From NCBI RefSeq assembly GCF_020745735.1, contig NC_083446.1:29797493-29861492 (forward strand): DNA of 64,000 bases, written 5' to 3'. A program made the translations under genes and the position numbers. This document shows positions 23,406 to 34,655 of the stretch, in pieces (position 1 is the first letter of the stretch; each line of letters opens with the position of its first letter). Source of the stretch: Hemiscyllium ocellatum. Taxonomy: Eukaryota. The notes beneath the pieces are model-generated. The model ran no database searches. It worked only from the letters and a program-made list of their open reading frames with translations, and had not been told where the DNA came from.

Positions 23406-24548
23406 AAGGATTTCAACCCCCATTTAAAGGATGGGCAAACCATTTCAGCTGAGCTAAAAATACTTTATTTAAAGTTCTCATTATTGTAATTTTGCTCTCT
23501 CTAATGAGTCAATCCTCCAGTTAGTCCCAATATCCAGTCTTATTCTCATTATTTCCACAACATCTTCTCAGTTAATTAACTGTCTGTTTCTGTCTTTAAT
23601 GTGGACCTCTGTGTCCCTCTGTATCTTTCCCTGGCCTTGGTTTTTGCCTGCCTCGTGTATCGAGTGCTGATATTGTGAAGCTCAGAAACAGTGAAATGGT
23701 GTGTTTTGGGCTGTTGTTCACTTCCCAGTGTGTTCCATGTGATGCTCCATATCGGGGTTGGGGGTGTTTATCGGCCTAATGTTCACTTCCCGGTGTGCCC
23801 CATGTTGTGCTCCATGTTGGAGAGAAGATTCAGCAGCTTTGACTCATATCTTCGAAAAATGGTCTGTGCCGGTCCACTGAACGTCTGACGTCTGTGTTTG
23901 TCACTCTGAGTTCATCGTGTGGTTAGTAACACGAGGAAGCCCCTTGAGTATTATTGTAAAGGACCAGCTATCTAACATCTCTGACAATGCTGTCTCTTAA
24001 AGAAAAAGTCTATTGTCTCATTTTGTTTAAAGAGATATTTTAAAAGCCGAACTGTGTACTGCAAACGGCTGAAGTAAATCACTTAGGAGGCTTTTCGGGT
24101 TTGTTTTAAAATGCATATTGACAACAACGGACAGCTCTCACAGATCAGGCTTTCCAGTATTTCTGAGCTATAACTGTCACCAGGTGCTTGTAGTCGGATA
24201 CTTGAGTAAATGATCCCTGACTGCCATTCTCTCTGAAATCTGTCTTGATGCTGTTTCTTCCTGGATTGGAGAACTGCGTGCAAGACTGATTGGCCTTGGA
24301 TGTGTCTTTTTGCCAAAGGATGAGTTCATGGGATGTTAGTACATAATGGAACAGTTCATTAACAGATGGTACTGTATCTATTATTCTGTTAAGGTTTCCA
24401 TCAGTTAAGTTACTCTAAACTCTTCTTCTTTTTGTATGTATTTTTATTAGATCGTTAAAATAAATTGTGTTTTGCTTAAAATTGAGTGGTTTGACCAACC
24501 GCATCACATCTGGAACATCCATTTCACATCTGCCTTTACTATGAAGTA

Positions 24549-24860
24549 GTGGGACGGCACGGTGGCTCAATGGTTAGCACTGCTGACTCACAGAACCAAG
24601 GAGCCAGCTTTAATTCCTGTTTAAGACGATGTGGAGTTTACACATTCTCCCTGCGTCAGCATGGATTTCTTTTGGGTGCTCTGGTTTCCTCCCACAATCC
24701 AAGGGCATGCAGGCCAGGTGAATTGACCATGTGAAATTTCCCATAGTGTTAGGTGCATTAGTCAGGGTTAAATATGGGATCGGGAAGTGGGATTGGGTGG
24801 TTTGTTCTTTGGTGTGCACGTGTTGGGCCATAGAGCCTGTTTCTATACTGTTGAGAATTT
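24549..24860 (+). mobile_element. V-SINE inserted in the 5' LTR
   Basis: GGCACGGTGGCTCAATGGTTAGCACTGCTG head; GGTGAATTGACCATGTGAAATT domain. Confidence 0.88.
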
Positions 24861-24954
24861 AACCTAAGACAAGGTTGGCGTCCAGGCATTCTGCTCTGGT
24901 CCATAGCAAACTGGGGGCACTTGCCCAGTTCGAAATCGATAATTTCAAATCGGG

Positions 24955-25210
24955 CTCAGGATTAGAATCCCTACAGTGAGGAAGGAGGTCATTTGACCCA
25001 ACATGGCCACACCAACCCTCTGAAGAGTAAACTACCCAGATACATCCCCCTCCCCTATTACTCCATATTTACTCCTGACTGGTGCAACTAACCTACATAT
25101 CGCTGAACAGTACGGGAAATTTAACATGTCAATTTCGCCTAACCTGCGTATGTTTGGGCTGTAGATGGAAAATGGAACGCCTGGAGAAAACGCACGCAGG
25201 GAAGTGGAAA
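24955..25210 (-). mobile_element. Partial V-SINE
   Basis: Reverse-complemented SINE tail and body. Confidence 0.7.
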
Positions 25211-27711
25211 TTTGCACGGGGAAATTGTTGGGCTCAAAGGCGGCGTCTTGTAGTTGTTAGTGTCTTTTGGTCTGGGTGTTGAATTCGGTTGGTTTGTACA
25301 GTGCTTTGTATAGTATTGGCTATTTCTGTCTGTAAGAGTCCTCTGGGTGTGGAAGAAGTGAAGTTGGAGATTTTACAAAAGGTGATCAAGGCAAAGCTGT
25401 TAGAATTGGCAGACAAGCTGGAGTTGGGTTTGTGTTTGTCTGTGAGAAAATGAGAGACAATTACAGCTGTAGCTTCTCATTTAAAGGTTGGTGGAAACAC
25501 TATCAGAATCTTTGGAAATGGCTAGAATTCAATTGCAGATGTGGCAGCTTGAACCCGAAAAGGAATTGAAACAGTTTGAAATAAGCTTACAAGTAGAATT
25601 TAAAGAAACAGGAAGTAAGAAGAAAGACAGAAAAATAAAGATGAAAAGCAGATAGTGAAAGAGTTTCAACTTCAAAAGTTAGCAATTTGAGAGGAGAGTC
25701 GATTAAGCACGGTGGAGATTAAGGGAGATGGTAGGGTCGATGAGGAGGATAGTGAGGATGAGCATCTCTACGGTAGCCAAAGGCCTGATGGGGATCTATT
25801 TAAATATATACAGGCGTTGTTTACATTTGGTGAAAAGGATGTAGAAGCATTTTCAATTTCATTTGAGAAAGTGGCCACACAGATGCAGTGGCCACTGAGC
25901 ATGTGGGTTTACTTAATCCATAAAAAGCGGATCGGTGTAAGGAGTGAGGTATTTGCATTCCTATCGGAAGAGGTATCTGGAGAGTATGAGGAGGTGATGA
26001 AAGACATCTGAAGTGCATATGAGCTTGGTCCCTTAAAAACAGACAGTGTTTTACGATGTAAAATAGTGTCCCTGGTTAAACGTACATTGAGCTTGAAAGG
26101 CTTGAACAAAGTAATTTTGAAAGCTGAGTCATGGTATTAAAAACAGAGCAAACTGTGACACTCTTAGGGCGCTTCTTAATTTTGTAGTGTTCAAAAACAC
26201 ACTTCAAGCAGTCGTGAGAACTCGTGCAGCAGAGCAGAGAGTTAAGATGGCATGATTATAATCTGAAATGGCTGATGATTACCAGTTCGTCCATAAATCA
26301 AAGTATGGCTTCTGGGAGGGCTTGAGAAGAATGTGCAAGATTTTAAAATATATAAGGTTGTGTAAGGTTTTTGGCATAAGCCAGGAGTAGCAAGTAAAGA
26401 GTTTACGACATTAATAGGTACAGAAACATGTGAATCCTTTATGCTGAGACATGACGAGGTATATCATTGAGAAGGACTGTGATAGAGATGAGACGTGCTC
26501 CATTATGTAACGTGTAGTTGGAGTGTCCGGTGACACCATTAATTATGAAATATTTCACAATTGGGAAGGTGGCCTTGAGCTTCGTGTTGACGTTACAACA
26601 TTTCAGTATTTAAGTTGCCAATAGCGAGTCAAGACAAATATATATATTGATCATAACGCCTGAACGTTTTTGGGCAAATTTAGGGAGAAAACGTCCAATC
26701 TGTTCAGATAGAGATCATTATTGCTGCCATTCAATTTAGAAGTTATACAGGTGATGGGACGGGAACCCGTACTTGCTGACAAGTTGTCGAGACTTAGATA
26801 AGAAAAACAGAAGTGTTCCGTGGCAGAAGTAAATTGACTGAAATAGAATAGAGTTGTGAATGTTTGCCTGCTTAGTGTCAATGTAATATGTATGCATTGC
26901 AATCTACTGGAACAGTAAGAATAAAGGGTTTAAAATGAGGCCATCTTTGAATATTGATTTTTTTTGTTCACTTTAAGATGGTTTTTAACTTTTATTTTTT
27001 TTTGAAGAGAGGTATTTAAGGCAGAGATGCCGAACTGCTACCTGAAAACAGCATAAATAAATAACTGAGAAGGCATTAGGTTTTATTAACATGTTGGTAA
27101 CAATGGAAGGGCAGTGGCCAGCTCTCCCAGACCCGGTTTTCCCGTTTTGTTTTTAGCTGCAGCATTCAGAAGCTGCTTGGGATCCTAGAAGGAGTGCAAG
27201 TTTCAATTCATGATCCCCAGCTGCTATTCTCTCTGAATACTCTCTTAAAGTTGCTTCCTCCTGGATTGGAGAACCGACACATAAGATTCTGTGTTTGTAT
27301 TTACCTTTTCTGCCAAGGGTGTATTTATAGGATGTCCCTATATTATCACAGTTAATTAGTAGAAGGCACTGTATCTAATGGTAGCATAGGTCTTCCAGTA
27401 GAAAAGCCATCCCAAATTGTTCTTCTCTTTGATTGTGTCTTAATTGGAGCTTTTGAATGGATTGCATTTTGCTTAACGTTGCGTGGGGTGACCAGTTGCA
27501 ACACATCTGGAACACACAGTTAACATCTACATTGAAAATAAGGAAAAGTTGTTGCCTCGGCTGCCTGCTTAATATATTTTGACGGCGTCTGGTCAGTTCT
27601 ATAACACTTGTAGCTAAGGGGCTTCTCATTGTGCCCTGCTGTTGAAATGTTTGTGGAGGGGCTGGGGATGGTTTTTTGGAGGTTGTGCTGTGAGCTGCCT
27701 CAGACGTTCAG

Positions 27712-28034
27712 GGAGACCTGAGGATTTGGTGAACCAACTCTGGATGGAGCATGGGGACTGTAGTTACAGCATCAGGATCTGTAACATGAACACCAAATGG
27801 AGCAGAGACTGCAGAGAGGGGAAGCTCTGAAACCACGGAGTGAATGTGTATGGGGAAAGGGACCTCCTGGATCCACCCCGGGCTTTCCAGGAACAACTTG
27901 CGAAGCTCCATTTAACCCTGGAGCAGAGTGTGAGAGAACCCTGACTGAACAAGGAGCTCGTCACAGAGCGGTGTCACCTCCTTCAACACGACCTGCAGCT
28001 TCACACCAGTTGGAGGACGGTGCTGCCAGAGACG
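27712..28034 (+). pseudogene. Candidate decayed exon of an unidentified, possibly coiled-coil protein
   Basis: One frame reads RPEDLVNQLWMEHG...EGKL*NHGVNVYGERDLLDPPRAFQEQLAKLHLTLEQSVREP*LNKELVTERCHLLQHDLQLHTSWRTVLPET and ends at a consensus GTAAGT donor. Both stops are TGA (27828, 27942). The acceptor is weak. Confidence 0.3.
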
Positions 28035-28113
28035 GTAAGTGTCACTATTTCGTTCAGCTTCTATGATCCAGAACTTTAGATGCCGGAGAGGGTGACATAT
28101 GTGTCATCTCCCA

Positions 28114-28290
28114 GCGGCACGGTGGCACAGTAGCTAGCACTGCTGCCTCACAGCGCTCGAGACCCGGGTTCAATTCCCGCCTCAGGCGACTGTCTATTTG
28201 GAGTTTACACGTTCTCCCCGTGTCTGCGTGGGTTTCCGCCGTGTGCTCTGGTTTCCTTCCTCAGGTTAGGTGAATTGGCCCTGCTAAATT
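28114..28290 (+). mobile_element. V-SINE 5' part with intact A/B boxes
   Basis: GGCACGGTGGCACAGTAGCTAG...GGGTTCAATTCCCG. Confidence 0.88.
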
Positions 28291-28299
28291 TAATTGGGG

Positions 28300-29000
28300 A
28301 AGAGGAAAGTCTGATGCGACGAGACATGAGTTAGGTAGCATGGATTGGGAGCAATTGTTCAATGGTGAAAGCACTATAGACATGTGGAGACTGTTTAAGG
28401 AACAGTTGTTGCAAGTGATAAATAAATATGTCCCTCTGAGACAGGCAAGAAGTGGTAAGATAAAGGAACCTTGGATAACGAGAGTGGTGGAGTTTCTCGT
28501 CAAAAGGAAGAAGGTAGCTTACATAAGGTGGAGGAAGCTAGTGTCAAGCTCAGCTCTTGAGGATCATAGGTAGGTGAGAGAGGAGCTCAAAAATGATCTG
28601 ACTAGAACCAGGTGGGGGAACGAGAAAGGCTTGGCAGGAAGGATTAGGGAGAACACAAAGGCATTTTACACTTATGTGAGGAATAAGAGAATGGTCAAAG
28701 AAAGAGTAGCGCCAATCAGGGATAGCATAGGGAATTCGTGTGTGGAGAATGAGGAGGTAGGTAAAGCCATAAGTGAGTTTTTTTTTCGTTTCTGTCTTTA
28801 CGAAACAAACGAACATTGTAGTGAATGAAACCTTTGAAGAGCAGGTGTGCATGCTGGAACGGATAGAGATAGAGGAAGCTGACGTGCTGAAAATTTTGTT
28901 ACACATTAAGATTGACTAGTCGCCAGGCCAGGGCCAGATTTGTCCTCGACTGTTTTGGGAAACGAGAAATGCAATTGCTTCACCCATTGCGAAGATCTTT
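28300..29000 (+). mobile_element. CR1 ORF2 middle fragment
   Basis: ORFs 28340-28573 (DWEQLFNGEST.DMW..FKE) and 28574-28828 (KAFYTYVRNKR). Confidence 0.85.
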
Positions 29001-29099
29001 GCATACTCGCACAGCACCGGTCCTTGTATGACTCCACTGGTAACGTTCTGTCAAACTGATTAAGACTGATTTATCCAGAGTGCCTGCTTCCTTTAAGAT

Positions 29100-30500
29100 A
29101 ACCAGTCCTCCCCCTTTTCCTGTGGAGCACAGTCGAAGGGCTGAATAATAAAGAGGAACTATCCAGCCCCTCAAGCCTGTCCCGCCATTGAATACAATCA
29201 TGGCTGATGTCAACGCCCCTCAGTTCCATTTCCCTGCCTGCTCTCCATATCCCTTTATTTACGCAATCTCTCAGCATCCCCGCACACTGGGGCAGTGAAT
29301 TACATAGACTCACAACCCATTAAGAGAAGTAAGTTTTCCTCAGCCCGTTTTGAATCTGCTCTGCCTAATCCTAGAACTAGGATCTTTTGTTCTAGTTTGC
29401 CCCAGATAAGGAAATATCCACTCCACACCGAGATTGTCAATCATCTTTAATATCCTCCAGGCCTCAATGAGGTCCCCTATCATTCTTCTAAACTTAGAGT
29501 GCATCGGCCTGAACTGCTCAAACTCGCTTGAAAAGACACATTCATCTCTGGAATCAATCTAATGAACTTGTTCTGAACCGCCTTCGTTGTTACATCACTC
29601 CTGCAGTCAGGACAACAAACCTGAACCCAGTACGTCAGTTACCGTCTCACTAATAACTTGCAGAGTTGCAGTATTTCTTCCCTCCATTTGTACTCTATTC
29701 TTTTCCAAGTAAATACTGAAATTGTACTTGCCTTTCTCATTCCCTGCTGTACCGGTTGTGAGTTTTCTATAGTCTGCACATGGACACCCAGATGCCTCTG
29801 CAAGTAAGCACTCTGAAGGTGCTCTGCATTTCCATAACATGTTGGATTCCTCTGATCAAAATGGTTAATCCCATATTATCCACGTTAAATGTTAGCTGCC
29901 AGATGTTGGCAAATTCATCTAAACTATTCATGCACATTTGTATTTTTTTTCAACTTCATTACATCAGCCTACTTTTTCACTTGTTTTACTGTCAGCTGAA
30001 AATGTGGCTGTAGTGTTTTCTCTCCTCTCATCGAAGTAATGCAATGGATGGTAAATTTTCGGGTCATGTGGTCTGACCTCTATGCAACCCCAAAAGTTGC
30101 CAACCACAAACGAAACAACTATTCCATCTCTCTGCATTTTGTTGGTTCACCATCCCTCTATCCAGACGAATAACTTCCTCCCAAACCCATGTCCTCTTAT
30201 TTTATAGCTTAATATTTTTGTGCAGCGTTGAATTCATGCCTTTCCAAAGTCCAGGTTACTTTACTTCTCCTGGATCGCTATTGGCTACTCTGCTTGTCGC
30301 ATCTTTAAAGAATTCGAGCAAACAAATGCTTAAAAATGTATTCTGGTTTTACTTTGCAAATCCGCTGTTGTTAATTAATTAATAATGGACTTTCCCAATT
30401 TCCCTTAAGTCTCAATAGTTTGCTCACAAACCTTTATTGACAAGTGAAGATGATTATCCAAATTCCTAATTTTTCTGTACACTCTACGTACAAAGCTTTA
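29100..30500 (-). mobile_element. Decayed CR1 3' and RT fragments
   Basis: Reverse-complemented CR1 tail at about 29150-29250 and RT C-terminal remnants. Confidence 0.7.
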
Positions 30501-30641
30501 AGAGATCTTCTCCAATCGCAGTATAATAGGCATGAGTGTCTGAATTGATTCACTCAGTTCCTGGTTGATACGCTCAATGGGCTAAATGTCCCCATGGTGT
30601 TTGTGTATTATCGTCTCGACGGCTGGAATGTCCTGATTTAC

Positions 30642-30795
30642 AGATTCAAAATGTGCTTCTCCTCCTGAAAATACGTCAGAAGCCTGATGGATTGTGGAAT
30701 TTTCCTGATGCTGCGGAACATTCTAAGGGGCTGGAAGGTCTCTTCATATTCCTTCACAACCGGCTCGAGATAATGAACAATCGCCTCCTGCATCC
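30642..30795 (-). other. Candidate 154-nt internal coding exon, unidentified
   Basis: Pyrimidine-rich TTTCAG|GG ATG...AAT CT|GTAAAT; open frame MQEAIVHYLEPVVKEYEETFQPLRMFRSIRKIPQSIRLLTYFQEEKHILN. Confidence 0.3.
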
Positions 30796-30899
30796 CTGAA
30801 ATGGGATCGAAGGAGTGATTTGTCTTCTGTTCGCATACAACATATACATGGGTGAGTTACCTCCATCTTTCCATAACAAGTCTCAAATAATTTGATCTC

Positions 30900-31190
30900 C
30901 TTCTTTAATTCTGTGCTGAATGGCCTCCTGTTATTCTAGTGTACCAATCTCTTCCAGTTCCTGTGTTAGAGACTTGAGGAGGCTGAATGGACTAATCCTG
31001 TTGCTGCATAGCAGGACACTGGTGCCTCATGGCCTACTCTGCGTGCCGTGTTATAGACTCGAGTGGCTGATTGGCCTTCTCCTTTAACTGTATATCAGGA
31101 TTCATGGGCTGAATAACCTCGTCCTGTTCTATTGTAACAGGGTCGAAGTCCTGAATACCCTTCTGCTCGTCCTGTGTAACAGGCTGGAGA
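30900..31190 (+). repeat. Degenerate 40-45-bp tandem repeat (GGCTGAATGGCCTCCTCCTG family)
   Basis: Recurrent GCTGAAT(GG)CCT motif; same family as 50115-50300. Confidence 0.6.
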
Positions 31191-33707
31191 AATGAAATTG
31201 GCTGTGTAGGTGGCTTCTGTTGCTGACTCGTTCTGGTGTTCTACTTAAAAATAAGGTCACTTTTCATACTTGTAATCTCTAATGCGTATTGGATCAACCT
31301 GGTAAATCTTTCCATATAAGTTAACCGCTTCATTTCAGAAATCAGTTGGAGGGAGCATCTCTGATCTGTTTCCAATATAGCAATATTCTTTTTTCAGTGA
31401 GGAGACTAAATCTGTGCACACTACTCCAGGTGTGACCTGATTAAGATCCTGTACAGCATCAACAACACTTTGCCAGTCTGCTGTAAGGTTCCTACCCAGG
31501 TTAGACCACACTCAGCTGACTGGTGGAATGCATAGCATTATGAAAGATCATTGCCCTTCTCTACTCTACCAGCATAACGGGAGATCTGGTGAAAATGTCA
31601 TAATAACACTTGAGAAGAAAGAATAATGTGACGAGATTATCTCAACGTCCAAGTAGACGTCATCAAATATCTCACCTGAATCTACCATTAATCTCCAAAG
31701 TGGCCACACCATTCAGATTCCAGAGAATCTAGTAAGGTAAAGCTTAGAAACAGCAAGGAGAAGCAAAGATTGATGGAAGTTATATGTCAAAGTGAATGTT
31801 GCAATACAATTTTTTGGTATGTTAAAAAACAGGAAATTAGATACCCAGGTTTTGTGGGTACCGCAGTAATAATGAACAATTTCAAGCTACATCTAAACTG
31901 TGGTAACCCAAGTGAATAATAATTCTGGGAAAAATGGATTTCATGAGCGTATTTGAAATGGTTTCCTTTAACAGTATGTTGAGCACTGAGGTAGAGGTGA
32001 GGCTGTTTTGAAATTGATGTTATGTGATCAGAAGAGCCAAATGAAAACCCTGCTGAAAAGGAGGTTTCGGGAATAGTAATGACAATCTATTCAATTTTAT
32101 ACGACGTCTGAATAAAAAAAAACAGTTGTTTTTGAAATTGTGGTTATAAACTTGAGTCATGCAATTCACGAAAGTATGAGGCGCAAATTAGCTACAGTGA
32201 ACTGAAGGAGTACATGAAAGAGATTTACTGGAAGACAGGCAATGGTTGTTGTTTAAATAAACACTTTAAAATGTACAATATACACATGTCCCCCACAGTT
32301 CATATAGCAAAGGAGTGAGGTGACTTAACAATAGTTCACAAAAGAAGTTAAAGATTGCATTAAATAAAAGGAAGTAGATCAGAAAAATGCCAGATATTGT
32401 TGCAAGCCATGGGGTCAGAAACATTTGAGGAACAATGAATTGATAATGAAATTTTAAAAAATGCAAACTAAAAAGAAACATTAGGATGACCAAAGGTTTC
32501 TCTCGATATTTGATGGGAAAGTGAAGGCAAGAGTACGTGTGGAATGGGGAATATCCACCAAGATAATTTCTTGCAGCGAACTTGCCAATTTCACAGAAAA
32601 TAAGCAGTTACTTTCATGCCAATCTTATTAGAGGCAAGATAAACCGATGGTGAAACTCAGTTTGTGATCTCCAGTGATTGACAAAATGAAAGTAGATCGC
32701 AGTGAAGCTTAGAAAGTTCACACAGAGAGACGGACTGACACAGGAGCATAGAGAAGTGTTGCCAGGCAAGGTTAGGGTGAATCCCAAGATGTTCTCCACG
32801 TACATCAATCAGAACAGAATAACCAGGAAACAACTAGGGCCCAATAGAGTCCAAGGGAGCACTCTGTGTGTGATGCTGGAGACCATCGATCAATTCTTAC
32901 ATGAGAGCTCCATATCTGTTTTACTTGGGAGAAGGAGATTGCAGGGACAGAATTCAAGAAGATGGATTGGGAAGCTCTTGAACAGACTGATATAAGATGG
33001 AGGCTTTGGCTGGAACGAAATTGGACTGATTGTCAGGTCTGGACAAGTTGCATCACAGGCTGCTGTTCGACAAAAATGTCAAAAGGCCCTGACTCAAATT
33101 TTTAAGTCTAATCTGGCCACAGGGAAGTTGGAGTTGCCAGATGACTGGAAAACAACTAATGTGGTCCCGTTTTACAGGAAGGATGGTGGAAACAGAACGG
33201 AAAACTGCAATCCAGTCAGTATTAGATCAGTGTTTGGGCAAGTACTGGAGAATATAGGAAAGTAGAAAATTTATCACTATTTACAGAGGCAAGGTTTGAT
33301 CAGAGGTAGTCAGCAGGACATCATCAGAGGGACGTCATACCAAGTGAATGATATTGTATGTTTTCGAGCATGTTGTTCTTATGGTTTTTCATTAAGGCCT
33401 TTGACAATGTCCTGTGTGGGTAACTGATTAAAAAAATGTCATGATATCAAGGGTAACTTTGTGAGTTACATCAAACATTGTCTTATTCGCGGGAGACAGA
33501 GGGTTGTGGAGGAAGGCTCTTTGTGTTACTGGAGACCAGTGTCCGCTAGTGTACCACAGGGATCAGTGAAGTGTGTGTTATTTTTCGTGGTATTCATAAA
33601 TGATCTAGATGTGAATGTGTTGGGGGAGGGGTGAGGAAGTTTGCTAATTAAGCTTGTATTTGGCACAACGATTGGCCACGTGGTTGGCAGTGAGGTTGAA
33701 GGCCTTA

Positions 33708-34271
33708 TGTCGAATCGTCCTTCATCAGGAATCAACCACACCGCCCCGTGGCCCAACAGTTCAACTCCCCCTCCCACTCTACTGAGGACATGGAGGCCCT
33801 GGGCCTCCTTCGCGGCCGCTCCCTCACCACAAGACACCTGGAGGAAGAATGCCTCATCTTCTGCCTAGGAACACTTCAACCCCAGGGCATCAATGTGGAC
33901 TTCAACAGCTTCCTGATTTCCCCTTCCCCCATCTCATCCTATTTTCAAACTTCCAGTTCAGCACTGTCCCCAAGACTTGTCCGACATGAATAGAACCTTT
34001 TCCACCTATCCACTCCACCCTCTCCTCCCTGACCTATCACCTTCATCTCCTCCCCCACTCACCCATTGTGCTCTATGCTACTCTCTCTCCACCCCCACCT
34101 TCCTCTCACTTATCTCTCCATGCTTCCAGCTCAGTGCCTTTATTCCTGATGAAGGGCTTTTGCCCGAAACGTCGATTTCGCTGCTCGTTGGATGCTGCCT
34201 GAACTGCTGTGCTCTTCCAGCACCACTGATCCAGAATCTGCTTTCCAGCATCTGCAGTCATTGTTTTTACC
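33708..34271 (+). mobile_element. Penelope-like 3' fragment (GIY-YIG C-terminus plus pLTR with hammerhead at 34146-34173)
   Basis: ORF 33748-33993 (RHLEEECLIFCLGTLQPQGINVDF). TSD TGAAGG(C/T)CTTA at 33697-33707 and 34272-34282. HHR CTGATGA-A-GGGC-TTTT-GCCC-GAAAC-GTC. Confidence 0.9.
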
Positions 34272-34420
34272 TGAAGGTCTTACAGTGATAAACATGTGGT
34301 GATGTACTTTGGAAGGCGGAACCAAAAATGGGAGTACACAATGAATGGAAGCACACTAGAACGCTAGGAAAGTCTTTTTCCACAGATCCCTGAATGTGAC
34401 TGCATAGGGTAATAAGTTAG

Positions 34421-34655
34421 GGAAAAAGTGAGGACTACAGATGTTTGAGATCAGAATCAAGAAGTGTAGTTCTGGTAAAGCACAGTCGGTTAGGCAGCAT
34501 CCAAGGAGCATGAGAGTCGATGTTTCGAGCTTAAGATTTTCAACAGGATCGGTGGCCACATTCCTGATGAAGACCTTATTCTCGAAACGTCGATTTTCGT
34601 GCTTCTCGGATGCTGGCTGATCTGCTATGCTTTTCCAGCAATACACTTTTTGACT
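34421..34655. mobile_element. Inverted pair of pLTR fragments (non-coding) with degenerate TSD
   Basis: Left arm is a reverse-complemented pLTR. The right arm has CTGATGA (34564-34570)...GAAACGTC with a weak stem II. Similar flanks AGGGTAATAAGTTAG and AAGGTTAATAGGTTAG. Confidence 0.7.

Larger units (their letters stand above)
23955..27606 (+). mobile_element. Internally deleted Gypsy (Gmr1-like) LTR element: 5' LTR about 23955-24908, gag remnant, 3' LTR about 27013-27606
   Basis: ORF 25712-26011 (EKDVEAFSISFEKVATQMQWP...EYEEV) is Gypsy gag. The LTRs share blocks (GATCCC..CTGC.ATTCTCTCTGAA...CCTGGATTGGAGAAC; CACATCTGGAACA). Degenerate TGGGGGC PBS at about 24912; purine tract at about 27004-27012. 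Confidence 0.75.

Noticed and set aside
14504-28290. Pol III A/B boxes as tRNA genes
   Set aside because: All are SINE heads continuing into the V-SINE body; none forms a cloverleaf.
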